From an uncultured Methanosarcinales archaeon (GTDB lineage Archaea; Nanobdellota; Nanobdellia; Woesearchaeales; CAZYIM01): a DNA stretch of 33,481 bases. The notes beneath the pieces were generated by a model. The model made no database searches and was not told the DNA's origin. It saw only the letters and a program-made list of their open reading frames with translations. Within the stretch, counting starts at the first letter, position 1. Every line of letters starts with the position of its first letter. A program made the translations under genes and the position numbers. The DNA lies in NCBI GenBank assembly GCA_964647565.1, contig CAZYIM010000032.1:1-33481 (forward strand), in the 5' to 3' direction. Positions 8,014 to 17,287 of the stretch are shown here, one piece after another.

Positions 8014-8802
8014 CTATCCTCCTGCACTAGTATATTTCTTCATAGCAGCATTCCAGAGAAGAATGCTCAATAATCCGAAAGCAGCCACAGGCAACGCTAT
8101 CTTGATAAAACCCATAAAACTAAGTCCGTTCAACAAAGCATCTGCAGGAAAAAAAGCAGCAACCGAAATGGGGAACAGGAAGTTCACAAACACCTGGAGT
8201 GGTGCAGAGTACAAAGTAGATGGATACCTGGCAAAATCAGAGAGCTTGAAAAATATATCCATCAGGGCCCAGGACTGGACTACAAGAAACGACAACGAAC
8301 TGATCAGGATCATTGCAAATAGATGGAACAAGAATCCCACAAATACCAACAGCAAATACCAAAGTAGATTTGTATTAAACAACTGCAATTTGACAATTGC
8401 CCAGGTCACCAAAGCAATACCCGTCATTACCTCTCCCAAAGCCTCAAGATCCCAACAACTAGTCAAGACATTGATCAATGGCGGAAACGGCTTGGTCAGG
8501 AACTTGTCAAAATTTCCCTTCCTTACAGCATGGATTACATGCACAGGCAATAAGATGGTCAACATATGGCCCAATCCAAAAACAAGTGCAAACGTACCCT
8601 GGAAAAGTATGAACTCCTCAAAACGCCAGCCCGGAATACCAGACGTGGTGCTGTACAGCAGGATTGTAAAAACAGGACCTATGATATCCACCAAAACCAG
8701 GGCAAAGAACTTGAAAAAGAAATTGACCTTATAGGCCATCTCCCTACTCAACTCAATACCTAAATGCCGGATCCATAGTTCAAAATATCTTAAAAGCTTC
8801 AT
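8014..8802 (-). CDS. ABC-2 family exporter permease (DUF990-like)
   Basis: Multiple TM helices; motifs IPGWRFEE, VRKGNFDKFLTKP, FARYP, YTSAGG. Coupled to the upstream permease by an ATGA overlap. Confidence 0.88.
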   Translation of the reverse strand: MKLLRYFELWIRHLGIELSREMAYKVNFFFKFFALVLVDIIGPVFTILLYSTTSGIPGWRFEEFILFQGTFALVFGLGHMLTILLPVHVIHAVRKGNFDKFLTKPFPPLINVLTSCWDLEALGEVMTGIALVTWAIVKLQLFNTNLLWYLLLVFVGFLFHLFAMILISSLSFLVVQSWALMDIFFKLSDFARYPSTLYSAPLQVFVNFLFPISVAAFFPADALLNGLSFMGFIKIALPVAAFGLLSILLWNAAMKKYTSAGG

Positions 8803-9593
8803 ACGCCAGCACCTGCAAATTTCTTAAATGCCTTTATCCAGATAAAATAGGATAACAGATACAGTACAACCACCCAGACAATGCTGATCAATATCATCAG
8901 CAGGGAATAGTTGATGGTGTAGTTACCCAGATATATGCTGATAGGCACATACCTGACATACTGGAAAGGCAGGTATTTGAAAACAGTCTGGATAGTAAGC
9001 GGAAAAAAGGTCAGTGGGATCATAGAACCACTAAGAAAAGCAAGCGTAACCCTCTTCACCCTCCTCAAACCAGATATCCTCTTAAGCCAAAATGCGCTAA
9101 GACCCACTATATAAGATATCAGGAAATAGATGATAGCTGCAAAAAATACTGATATGACTGCCAGTATCGTGTTCCAAAAAGAAACGTATATCAGGCCGAA
9201 CAAGAAGCCCAAGACCAATACTGGAATAATCTCTATTAGGATGGCCAAGGTATTCAGACCGACATTGAAATACATGTTCCAGCTCATAAAAGACATAGGT
9301 TTAAGCAAAGAAGCCACCATCTCGCCGCTGATAACATTCTCCTCGATCCACTCATCAACATTGGACCAGGTCAGAGAACCAACTATCATACTCATCACAT
9401 AATATGTTATCATCTGCCCCAGGGTAAATCCTCTTATGATCTCTACATCCATATAAGTATATATAGAGCTCCAGAGAAAATAATAGATAAGCAGCGAGAT
9501 GGGCATGGATAACAGGGTTACAAAATAATGGAGCTTGTATGCCAATCCAGTCTTAAATCCCGCCACTCCAACTGCATAGTTGGCTTTAACCAT
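8799..9593 (-). CDS. ABC-2 family exporter permease (DUF990-like)
   Basis: TM helices; motifs GFTLGQMITY, SGEMVASLLKP, FLSGSMIPL..FP, LPFQY. The ATG at 9593 overlaps the end of the ATPase gene. Confidence 0.88.
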   Translation of the reverse strand: MVKANYAVGVAGFKTGLAYKLHYFVTLLSMPISLLIYYFLWSSIYTYMDVEIIRGFTLGQMITYYVMSMIVGSLTWSNVDEWIEENVISGEMVASLLKPMSFMSWNMYFNVGLNTLAILIEIIPVLVLGFLFGLIYVSFWNTILAVISVFFAAIIYFLISYIVGLSAFWLKRISGLRRVKRVTLAFLSGSMIPLTFFPLTIQTVFKYLPFQYVRYVPISIYLGNYTINYSLLMILISIVWVVVLYLLSYFIWIKAFKKFAGAGV

Positions 9594-10566
9594 TCTTGTA
9601 AATCCTCTCAATTATCTCCTCAATTGGAGGATCAAGGATGTTGATATCTGCGACATCATAGTGGGCCAACAGATAATCAATGACTTCCTTGACGGTCTGC
9701 TTACGGGTATCAAGCTCAATCTTCATCTCATAGTCCATAGCTTCCAGCATATTACAGCCAGGCAACTTGAATTTTTGGGCAGGAGACTCTAGCTTGACAT
9801 CTACTATCTTAGAGGTCATATACTTTTTCTTGATCTTGTTCAAGGAGCCATCATATACAATCTCACCTTTATTGATAATGATGATCCGCTTACACAATCT
9901 CTCAATCTCCTGCATGTCGTGAGTTGTTATGATAAATGTGGTTCCATACTTCTCATTGAACTCAATGATAAAATCTCTGAGCCTGTTCTTGGCAATCACA
10001 TCTAGTCCGATACTAGGTTCGTCCAGGAAGACCAGCTTAGGCTTATGCAGAAGAGCTGCCACTAGTTTGCACTTCATACGCTCTCCTAAAGACAGGTCTC
10101 TAACAGGTTTCTTGGAAACCTCCTCGAGGTCAAGATGTCGAACCATCTTTTTCATCCTCTTCTCAAACTCTACTTTAGGAACATCATAGATGTATCTATT
10201 CAGATAAAATGTGTCGGCTGCAGGCAGATCCCACCAAAGCTGCTCTTTTTGGCCAAATACAACACCGATGTTCTTCACATAGTCCACCCTATCCTTCCAA
10301 GGCACAAAGTTCAGGACCTTGACAAGCCCCGAAGTAGGATAAAGCACACCAGACAAAGCCTTTATGGTAGTTGATTTGCCTGCCCCGTTGGGGCCAATAA
10401 AACCAACTATTTCACCTGCTTCTATCTTAAAAGAGATGCCCTTCAAGGCCGGTTTTTTAACTGTGTCTTTCTTGAAGAGGGCTCTGACTGCATTGAACAC
10501 ACCAGATTCTCGCTTTCGTGTGGTATACACCTTCCTCAGGTTCTCTACATCAATAATTGGCTGCAT
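9586..10566 (-). CDS. ABC transporter ATP-binding protein
   Basis: Walker A GPNGAGKST, signature LSLGERMK, Walker B VFLDEP, H-loop TTHD. Confidence 0.95.
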   Translation of the reverse strand: MQPIIDVENLRKVYTTRKRESGVFNAVRALFKKDTVKKPALKGISFKIEAGEIVGFIGPNGAGKSTTIKALSGVLYPTSGLVKVLNFVPWKDRVDYVKNIGVVFGQKEQLWWDLPAADTFYLNRYIYDVPKVEFEKRMKKMVRHLDLEEVSKKPVRDLSLGERMKCKLVAALLHKPKLVFLDEPSIGLDVIAKNRLRDFIIEFNEKYGTTFIITTHDMQEIERLCKRIIIINKGEIVYDGSLNKIKKKYMTSKIVDVKLESPAQKFKLPGCNMLEAMDYEMKIELDTRKQTVKEVIDYLLAHYDVADINILDPPIEEIIERIYKNG

Positions 10567-10742
10567 AGTACTAACCTCGCAGATTTTTTATATAAACTTT
10601 TATGATTATTATATAGGAGATAAAAAACAAACAGAATAGAGTAATGACTCAGTCACAAAACAATGAGTGGTTTTGAGTTAGTCATTTGGATCAAGACTGT
10701 GAAAAAATTAGTACTATATAAAAGTTGTGATTTAGAAGAAGA

Positions 10743-11366
10743 TTATTCCGAATTTGATGTTTCTGGTTTGACAGCAACAGGAACTAACGCAGGCTTATAT
10801 TGTAAGGCTTCACCGATCCAGTTCTTGACACCATCCCAGATCTTGCCTAATCTCTTGGTTTTATCATCCTTCATATATATTGAAGATGCATGGCAAAGAA
10901 GACCAGATCCCAGGATAAACTTACCTCGAGTCATTTGAGGATCTACAGGCTTTCCTGTAATTGCAGATTCAATAACATCGTAACCAGCCATTATCAACAA
11001 TCCTGCTCCAGCCAGAACAGTCGGAAACCTCACAAACCTGTTTATGGTCTTGTATGTTTCATGTTCTGGATTCAGAACACCGACATCATCCTCAGCTGCA
11101 TGCCTGTCCAGCTTACCGCATAGGCCAATAGCATTCATATAATGATCACTCCCATAAAGAAGAAAATTTGTCAGTAAGGCTGTAGAGGATGCAGTTGGAC
11201 TCAGTACAGCCATTCCAACAGCTGTAAGTGCGTCTCCTGCGATGCTGGACATCGAAGTAAACGTATATAGATATCCAATCTCTTCTTCAATTACATCTGC
11301 AACCTTAGAGTAGCCTTTATAGATCAAAGTATCAATTGTTTTTAATGAATGTGAATCAAAACCCAT
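10743..11366 (-). CDS. Hypothetical membrane protein
   Basis: 207-aa ORF with 3-4 hydrophobic segments and its own BRE-TATA (CCGAAAACTTTAAAT) about 24 nt upstream. Confidence 0.75.
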   Translation of the reverse strand: MGFDSHSLKTIDTLIYKGYSKVADVIEEEIGYLYTFTSMSSIAGDALTAVGMAVLSPTASSTALLTNFLLYGSDHYMNAIGLCGKLDRHAAEDDVGVLNPEHETYKTINRFVRFPTVLAGAGLLIMAGYDVIESAITGKPVDPQMTRGKFILGSGLLCHASSIYMKDDKTKRLGKIWDGVKNWIGEALQYKPALVPVAVKPETSNSE

Positions 11367-11477
11367 AACGAGTTAGGGAAAATTACAGATATTTAAAGTT
11401 TTCGGAAATTTACTACTTAGAAGTGATAAAATAATAATGGCCATAAAATTTATAAAATTAGAAATAAAATTCAATCT

Positions 11478-11978
11478 ATGAAAGAATTCAGAGCCATAAC
11501 CAGTGCATTTCTATTCTTCGCAGGCTCTCTGCTTCTGCTCTTACCAAAAGCCGCGACAACAGCAGCAGTCATCGGAACAAGAGCAACTCCTCTATTCTCA
11601 GACTGGATAGGCCTTCTAATCATCTTCATCTCCTGCTCCATATATCTCACAGGTGTTGCAGCGGTCCACGCAGCCTCTGTCACAAATGACATTCCAAACC
11701 ATCCCAACCTGGCCAGATATGCCAAGAAAGCAGTGCACAACCAACAAGTTGCCAGAGAACTTGAGCATCTGACCAACGAACTAGAAAAAGGACACATCCA
11801 CGGAGGGATTAACCATATCGGACACCTGCATGCAACCAACATCCACTATCTAAGAGGCAAGCGAGGAGGCAGATTGTTTTTCCACCAAAAAGGGGAGGGA
11901 TATGAGATCGTAGGCAAGTCAGGAAAGAATAACGAAGATGCCGTGATTAACGCTATCAAAAAAATCTACCATAACTAA
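11478..11978 (+). CDS. Membrane-anchored protein with C-terminal RelE/BECR-like putative toxin domain
   Basis: Two N-terminal hydrophobic segments, then ELEKG...IHYLRGKRGGRLFF...YEIVGKSGKNNEDAVINAIKKIY. TATA box TTTATAAA about 22 nt upstream. Confidence 0.6.
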   Translation: MKEFRAITSAFLFFAGSLLLLLPKAATTAAVIGTRATPLFSDWIGLLIIFISCSIYLTGVAAVHAASVTNDIPNHPNLARYAKKAVHNQQVARELEHLTNELEKGHIHGGINHIGHLHATNIHYLRGKRGGRLFFHQKGEGYEIVGKSGKNNEDAVINAIKKIYHN

Positions 11979-14123
11979 CTATCTAACTTTACCATTCTTG
12001 ACATCACGCATGACTCGGATCTTCTCTGAGCCAGCCTTTAATTCTTTATCACCAGAAACAACAGCACCATCTTTTAACTCGAGCTTGACTCTGAAGAACT
12101 CATCAATAGTAATCTGATCTGACTTAGGCTTGACACCCTCCATAGTTGCAGAATCTCCTGGTTTGGCCTCTTCAACAAACAACAAACCAACTTGCTTGCC
12201 GTCATCAGCAGCAAGCAGCATGCCATTGGAATCCTGACCCCTTAATTTGGCAGGTTCAAGATTAGAGACCACAATGATCTTTTTACCCAACAACTCATCC
12301 TTTGTATAATGCTTTCGAAGTCCAGCGACAATCTGGGAAGGTCTTCCAATATCAATCTTCATTATATATAGCTTATCAGCCTCAGGATGATCCTTGACCT
12401 CTTTTATCTCAGCAACCCTAAGATTCAGGATTTCAAAAGGTAATTCAAGCTTGTTTTCCTCAACCTTTTTTTTGCCTGCAAACCTCTGCTTAAACTCTAT
12501 AACCTGCTTGTCTTCAAGCTTTTGGAACAATATCTCTGGCTGGCCTATCTTATGACCTTGTTTCAATAAATCTTTGCCAAGATTTTCCCATTTTAGGAAC
12601 TTTTTATCCAGTTTTAGCTGGTCGAAAATTTTATCAGCAGTCGCAGGCAGGAAAGGCTGTGCCAAGATAGCTAAATCCTTTGCAAAGTTGGCCAATACAG
12701 CCAAAGCATTGCCCGCTTTTTCAGGATTGTCCTTGACATGCTTCCAAGGCTCTTGTTCTTGGAAATACTGATTGCCTGATTTGGCAACACCCATGATCTG
12801 CTTTAATGCTTTTTTCAGCTGTATGTTTTCATAGGATTCATGGATCTTATCATATTCCTCCTTTAAAGAAAGACTGTTCTCCTTTAATTTAGGAATCTTA
12901 GAATCATAAAACTTAGACAGGAAAACAACAGTCCTGTTGATCAGGTTGCCCAGGTTACCAACTAATTCTGTGTTGAGCTTTTCCTGGAAATCACCCCAGG
13001 TGAAGACTGTATCTGCCTTTTCTGGCCTATTGATCATAATATAATATCTCCAGACATCTGCAGGGATGCCGGATTCCTTGGCATCATCACCAAAAACACC
13101 CTCACCTCTTGACTTGGAGAACTTGCCAGATTCATAGTTCATATACTCGTTCACATCGATCGAGTCCATCAAAGTATAGTCATCCTTAGCTCCAATTAAA
13201 AAAGACGGAAAAAGTATAGTGTGAAAGGGTATGTTATCCTTACCCATGAACTGGACCAGTTTGGTTTTTTTGGAAGAGTGCCACCAATCATGCCAGTCTT
13301 TCTTGTTCTCTGCAGTGATACCGATATAACCGATCGGAGCATCAAACCACGAGTAGAACACCTTATTAGGAAAATCTGGAACAGGAATACCCCATTTCAA
13401 GTCTCGGGTTATGCATCTTGGCTTCAGACCCTCCTTAAGCCAGGCATTAGTCATGGTCCTTGCATTCTCAGACCAGGTCTTCTCTTTCTTCCACATCCAT
13501 AGTTCAAGATCAGGCCTTAGCTTGGGCAGATCAATGAATAGGTGCTCTGTCTCTCTTATCTCAGGAGAAGCACCGCAGACCTTACATCTTACCTCAATCA
13601 GCTCTTCTGGGTTGAGCAGCTTGCCGCATTTCTCACATTGGTCGCCACGAGCATTTTCATAGTTACAATGAGGACAAGTCCCTTCAACAAACCTGTCTGC
13701 AAGGAATTTCTCGCACTTGATGCAGAAGACCTGCTCCACAATATCCTTTATTATATAGCCATTGGCCTTGAGCTTGAGAAAGATATCCTTGGTGATCTTA
13801 TGATTCTCCATGGACGATGATCTTCCTAAACAGTCATAGTCATTGTTGAACCAGAGATAGATATCCTTATGGATCGCGAAATACTTGTCAACACACTCCT
13901 GAGGTGTAATACCTTCTTCAAGGGCCTTGGTTTCAGTTGTTGTACCGTGCTCATCAGTTCCAAGCACTGAAATCACATTTTTACCTAAGAGACGCAAGAA
14001 TCTTGTATATACATCTGCTGAAATCACACATACTAAATTACCTAGGTGAGGCACATTATTCACATATGGCAATGCACTCGTAACTAAGACACGTTCAAAT
14101 TCCTGTGCTTTTTTGTTATCCAT
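11979..14123 (-). CDS. metG: Methionine--tRNA ligase with C-terminal tRNA-binding OB domain
   Basis: ALPYVNNVPHLGN (HIGH), GTDEHG, CxxC zinc knuckles, WFDAPIGY, GKDNIPFH, KFSKS, C-terminal HPEADKL...NLEPAKLRG..SNGMLLAA. Start placed at ATG 14123 by TATA spacing. Confidence 0.97.
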   Translation of the reverse strand: MDNKKAQEFERVLVTSALPYVNNVPHLGNLVCVISADVYTRFLRLLGKNVISVLGTDEHGTTTETKALEEGITPQECVDKYFAIHKDIYLWFNNDYDCLGRSSSMENHKITKDIFLKLKANGYIIKDIVEQVFCIKCEKFLADRFVEGTCPHCNYENARGDQCEKCGKLLNPEELIEVRCKVCGASPEIRETEHLFIDLPKLRPDLELWMWKKEKTWSENARTMTNAWLKEGLKPRCITRDLKWGIPVPDFPNKVFYSWFDAPIGYIGITAENKKDWHDWWHSSKKTKLVQFMGKDNIPFHTILFPSFLIGAKDDYTLMDSIDVNEYMNYESGKFSKSRGEGVFGDDAKESGIPADVWRYYIMINRPEKADTVFTWGDFQEKLNTELVGNLGNLINRTVVFLSKFYDSKIPKLKENSLSLKEEYDKIHESYENIQLKKALKQIMGVAKSGNQYFQEQEPWKHVKDNPEKAGNALAVLANFAKDLAILAQPFLPATADKIFDQLKLDKKFLKWENLGKDLLKQGHKIGQPEILFQKLEDKQVIEFKQRFAGKKKVEENKLELPFEILNLRVAEIKEVKDHPEADKLYIMKIDIGRPSQIVAGLRKHYTKDELLGKKIIVVSNLEPAKLRGQDSNGMLLAADDGKQVGLLFVEEAKPGDSATMEGVKPKSDQITIDEFFRVKLELKDGAVVSGDKELKAGSEKIRVMRDVKNGKVR

Positions 14124-14200
14124 ACTAGTCAAAGACTGATTTTATGTATATAAATGTTGTTGTTGGATAAACATAGTTGATGATATTTAATCACATATCG

Positions 14201-14293
14201 AAAAAATAGCAGCAGCAATGGCATGCAAACCAGTTTTCTTGTCAGAAAACTTCGGGAGGAGACCTCCCGTTTGCGCCAGTACTGCTATTTTTT
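14201..14293. repeat. Multi-hairpin intergenic element / possible terminator of the glycine-zipper operon
   Basis: Outer stem AAAAAATAGCAG/CTGCTATTTTTT, then TGGC/GCCA and GCAAAC/GTTTGC. Inner hairpins AGTTTTCT-tgtc-AGAAAACT and CGGGAGG-aga-CCTCCCG. Confidence 0.7.
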
Positions 14294-14304
14294 GTGCAAT
14301 AAAA

Positions 14305-14673
14305 TTAAAACTTGCCAACAACCCAGCCGCCAGCGTATCCTATTGCCTGGCCAATAAAAGATCCTATTCCTGTTGTGGCAGCCACCTTTGTGCCGACCAC
14401 CACAGGAACAAAGGCTCCAAGCTCTCTGTCACCTTTAGCAGCATAATATGCAAACTGTCCTGCGTAAGGTAAGGCTGAAGCCCCGGCTGCAGCAGCAGGC
14501 CCAACTGAGACAAGCGGACCTATGCTCGGAGGCGTAGGATTTCCATTTCCATGACAAAAACCATTGTAGGCGCCAAGACCTACTGATGCCAGGATGCTGG
14601 CACCTGCTGTTGCAATACCGAGAACATGAGGTACGATGTCCATTGATTTGTCGATTATGTTTCCTAGTCCCAT
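14305..14673 (-). CDS. Glycine-zipper small membrane protein (paralog 5)
   Basis: Gly/Ala-rich and hydrophobic; GAYNGFCHGNGNP and C-terminal GQAIGYAGGWVVGKF. RBS AGGTGA overlaps the upstream stop. Confidence 0.75.
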   Translation of the reverse strand: MGLGNIIDKSMDIVPHVLGIATAGASILASVGLGAYNGFCHGNGNPTPPSIGPLVSVGPAAAAGASALPYAGQFAYYAAKGDRELGAFVPVVVGTKVAATTGIGSFIGQAIGYAGGWVVGKF

Positions 14674-14682
14674 CTCGATCAC

Positions 14683-15006
14683 CTAGATATATTTACCAAG
14701 TACAGATCCTGTAATCTGTCCTGCAATCTGCATAACAAGGCTTCCGATCCCACAAACTCCTACCCCACTCGCCATTGCATGGAATTCGCTCGGAAACATG
14801 TCGGTTCCGGGATCTTCACCATTCATCGTCAATAATCCTGCAATCGAACCATAAAATCCGCCTGCGATCGGATATCCGAATGAGGTTCCAAGATCAACTG
14901 CAGTTGATATCGGATTTCCTTGTGATTGGTTGTATCCTTTCCAAAAGCCTAATGCTCCTGCACCAAGGACAATAGGCGCGTATGCTAGTGTTCTTTTCCA
15001 GTTCAT
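14683..15006 (-). CDS. Glycine-zipper small membrane protein (paralog 4)
   Basis: LGFWKGYNQSQGNP...AGQITGSVLGKYI. RBS AGGTGA overlaps the upstream stop; ATG at 15006. Confidence 0.8.
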   Translation of the reverse strand: MNWKRTLAYAPIVLGAGALGFWKGYNQSQGNPISTAVDLGTSFGYPIAGGFYGSIAGLLTMNGEDPGTDMFPSEFHAMASGVGVCGIGSLVMQIAGQITGSVLGKYI

Positions 15007-15015
15007 TCTGATCAC

Positions 15016-15342
15016 CTATATGTACTTACCAAGCACTGAACCAGTCAAGTATCCTGCGCCTTGTGCAACTAAGCCAACCACTCCGCCAGCCGCGGCACCA
15101 AATAATCCGCCAATTCCACTCATAATACCTGCTGCTGCAAAAGAGTTAGCCCCTTCCATTCCATCTCTTGCACCAATATCTGCACCAACTAAGCCTCCTG
15201 CAATTGGTGTTCCATAAGTTATCAAAGCATCAATTCCTGCAGGCAATGGATGACCATCTGCTGCCGCATTTCCTTTCCAATATCCAAGTGCAAACGCACC
15301 AATCGTACCAACTGTTGCCGCTATTACTGATTTGTATCCCAT
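15016..15342 (-). CDS. Glycine-zipper small membrane protein (paralog 3)
   Basis: MGYK..IAAT.GT.GAF.LGY.KGNAAA.G.PLP.GIDA.ITYGTP...AGYLTGSVLGKYI; RBS AGGAGGT. Confidence 0.85.
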   Translation of the reverse strand: MGYKSVIAATVGTIGAFALGYWKGNAAADGHPLPAGIDALITYGTPIAGGLVGADIGARDGMEGANSFAAAGIMSGIGGLFGAAAGGVVGLVAQGAGYLTGSVLGKYI

Positions 15343-15404
15343 TTTTTTACCTCCTAAGTTTTTTTACGAAGGGTGCCAGAAATTAGTTGTAATTTCTCAG
15401 CATC

Positions 15405-15725
15405 CTAGATGTATTTACCAAGGACAGAACCAGTAAGGTGTCCAAGACCTTGTGCGACCAAACCAACAGTCCCGCCAATTGCGGCTCCAAATCCGCCATC
15501 TATCATGGCCAACAATCCACCTGCAATTCCACCTTCAGAAGCTCCATGTTCAGCACCTATAAGAAAACCACTAATAGTACCTATAACAGGCGTTCCATAG
15601 GTGATTGCGGCATCAATTCCACCTGGCAACGGATTTCCATTTGCCGCCGCATTTCCTTTGTAATATCCTAGTCCAAATGCTCCAACAGTTCCTAATGTTG
15701 CAGCTATCGTAGTTTTATATCCCAT
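15405..15725 (-). CDS. Glycine-zipper small membrane protein (paralog 2)
   Basis: Closely similar to paralog 3 at both termini; RBS GGAGGT before the ATG at 15725. Confidence 0.85.
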   Translation of the reverse strand: MGYKTTIAATLGTVGAFGLGYYKGNAAANGNPLPGGIDAAITYGTPVIGTISGFLIGAEHGASEGGIAGGLLAMIDGGFGAAIGGTVGLVAQGLGHLTGSVLGKYI

Positions 15726-15742
15726 TTTTTTACCTCCGAGTT

Positions 15743-16123
15743 TTATATGCACGCTCCAAGCAATTTTCCTGCTTGATAACCAGTAAATGAAAGTACACCG
15801 TTTGCAATCTTACCAACTGTAAACTTACGAGAAGTTGTCTTTCTGTATCCTGAATTCATTTGAGGAAACACACGACGAGTGACTGCGGTGTAAGCCATCC
15901 CAGGCATTCTTTTCAGATGATCATTCATATTGTAATCAAGCCCAACACCCTTAGAATGACAGACGCCTCTAACTCCGTTTGTTACTGCAGATCCTAAATA
16001 CATACCGAGAACAGTAGGCAGGTAAAGTGCCTTGATTGCAGAACTCCCTATTTTCTGAAATAAAGACGATTTGTGTGTGTCTGTTTTTGTTTTTTCATCC
16101 AATGATTGTTTTTTATCGCTCAT
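15743..16123 (-). CDS. Divergent glycine-zipper family protein (paralog 1)
   Basis: NGVRGVCHSKG aligns with NGFCHGNG of paralog 5. C-terminal TGYQAGKLLGACI aligns with GYLTGSVLGKYI. RBS GGAGG. Confidence 0.7.
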   Translation of the reverse strand: MSDKKQSLDEKTKTDTHKSSLFQKIGSSAIKALYLPTVLGMYLGSAVTNGVRGVCHSKGVGLDYNMNDHLKRMPGMAYTAVTRRVFPQMNSGYRKTTSRKFTVGKIANGVLSFTGYQAGKLLGACI

Positions 16124-16285
16124 TTTTGCCTCCTATAAGCAAAAGATGCATCAAGGCACCTTTGCCGCTTGTCTAGAAGTAGGTAGGGGGCAAGAATCAT
16201 ATATATTTGATTATTATATTATTCGTACACATATACATATATAAATATAGAAAAATTTATATATACAACAAGCAAATTAAATATT

Positions 16286-17191
16286 ATGAGAAGGAAAGTC
16301 GTAAAGCAAGGACCCTCAACATTGATGATCTCACTACCGTCTGCATGGGTCAAAACATATGAGATAACCAAAGGCAGCGATCTGGAGGTAGAAGAACAAG
16401 AGAAAAGACTTCTGATATCAACTGAAAGATCTGTCCAGAAAGAACAACTGGAGGTAGATATCGCCGAATTATATCCAATGAATATGGCAACTGTAAAGGC
16501 ATTATACAAGGCAGGTTACGATAATCTCAAGATAACATTCTCAGACTCAAAAAAAATACTAGACATTCAAAACGCTCCGCGAGAAGAGATCACCGGATTC
16601 GAAATCACAGAGCAAGGTTCAAACTATTGCATCGTGCACAAGATTGAAGAAGGAGTAATGGAAGGTTTTGAACCCATCCTAAGAAGGACTTTCTTGCTGC
16701 TCCTGACCATGGCAGAGAAATCAATAATCTCAGTCAAGGAAAAAGATCTTGACGAATTAAAACAGCTCGCTATGCTTGAGACCAGCAACAACAGGTTTAC
16801 CACATACTGCCTTCGACAACTGTCAAAAACAGGTTACAAGAAACCGAACAAACTACAGTTCATCTATATGGTTGTCGATAAACTTGAGAAAATCGCCAAT
16901 GAATACAAACTATTGCTGGAATACCTGGCAGACAATCAGAAGAAAGACTTATCTGAAGAGACCTATGAATATTATGAAAAAGTAAGTCAGATGATGAGGA
17001 CTGTGTATAATATCTTTTATGATTATGACAAGAAGCATCTTGTTAAATTAGGTAAACTAAAAGAAGAACTAAACGAAAACGCAAACAAAAGACTCGAGAA
17101 TACAGGAGATGTAATCAGCATGCATCATTTAATGACCTTGGGAGGACAGATATTTGAGCTTGCCGAACCATGCATTTGCATCCACTTCTGA
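16286..17191 (+). CDS. AbrB/MazE-type plus PhoU-like regulator (paralog of 374-1294)
   Basis: RKVVKQGPSTLMISLPSAWVK, YKAGYD, TYCLR, KLEKIANEY. Leaderless start after GAAAAATTTATATATA. Confidence 0.85.
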   Translation: MRRKVVKQGPSTLMISLPSAWVKTYEITKGSDLEVEEQEKRLLISTERSVQKEQLEVDIAELYPMNMATVKALYKAGYDNLKITFSDSKKILDIQNAPREEITGFEITEQGSNYCIVHKIEEGVMEGFEPILRRTFLLLLTMAEKSIISVKEKDLDELKQLAMLETSNNRFTTYCLRQLSKTGYKKPNKLQFIYMVVDKLEKIANEYKLLLEYLADNQKKDLSEETYEYYEKVSQMMRTVYNIFYDYDKKHLVKLGKLKEELNENANKRLENTGDVISMHHLMTLGGQIFELAEPCICIHF

Positions 17192-17287
17192 GATCTCGAC
17201 TAAAAAACAGAAAGATTTATAAATATAATAGTATAAAGATATAGTAAATAGTATACTAAGGTTGATTTCAACTATAAGAGGTAGAGC

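Noticed and set aside
7767..8027. 86-aa minus-strand ORF
   Set aside because: It runs through the palindromic element and the promoter of the GrpE-like gene and has no recognisable motif.
8063..8734. Long antisense ORFs (also 17872-18321, 28344-28892, 29951-30388, 31119-31643)
   Set aside because: They are shadows of well-supported genes on the opposite strand.
10643..10686. Simple imperfect hairpins (also 15378-15397, 23116-23140, 25386-25399)
   Set aside because: Short single stems downstream of genes, adequately explained as terminators or stability elements.
14305..16123. Archaeal type IV pilins, gas-vesicle proteins or ATP synthase c subunits
   Set aside because: No class III signal peptide, no GvpA motif, and no conserved membrane carboxylate or ATPase operon context.
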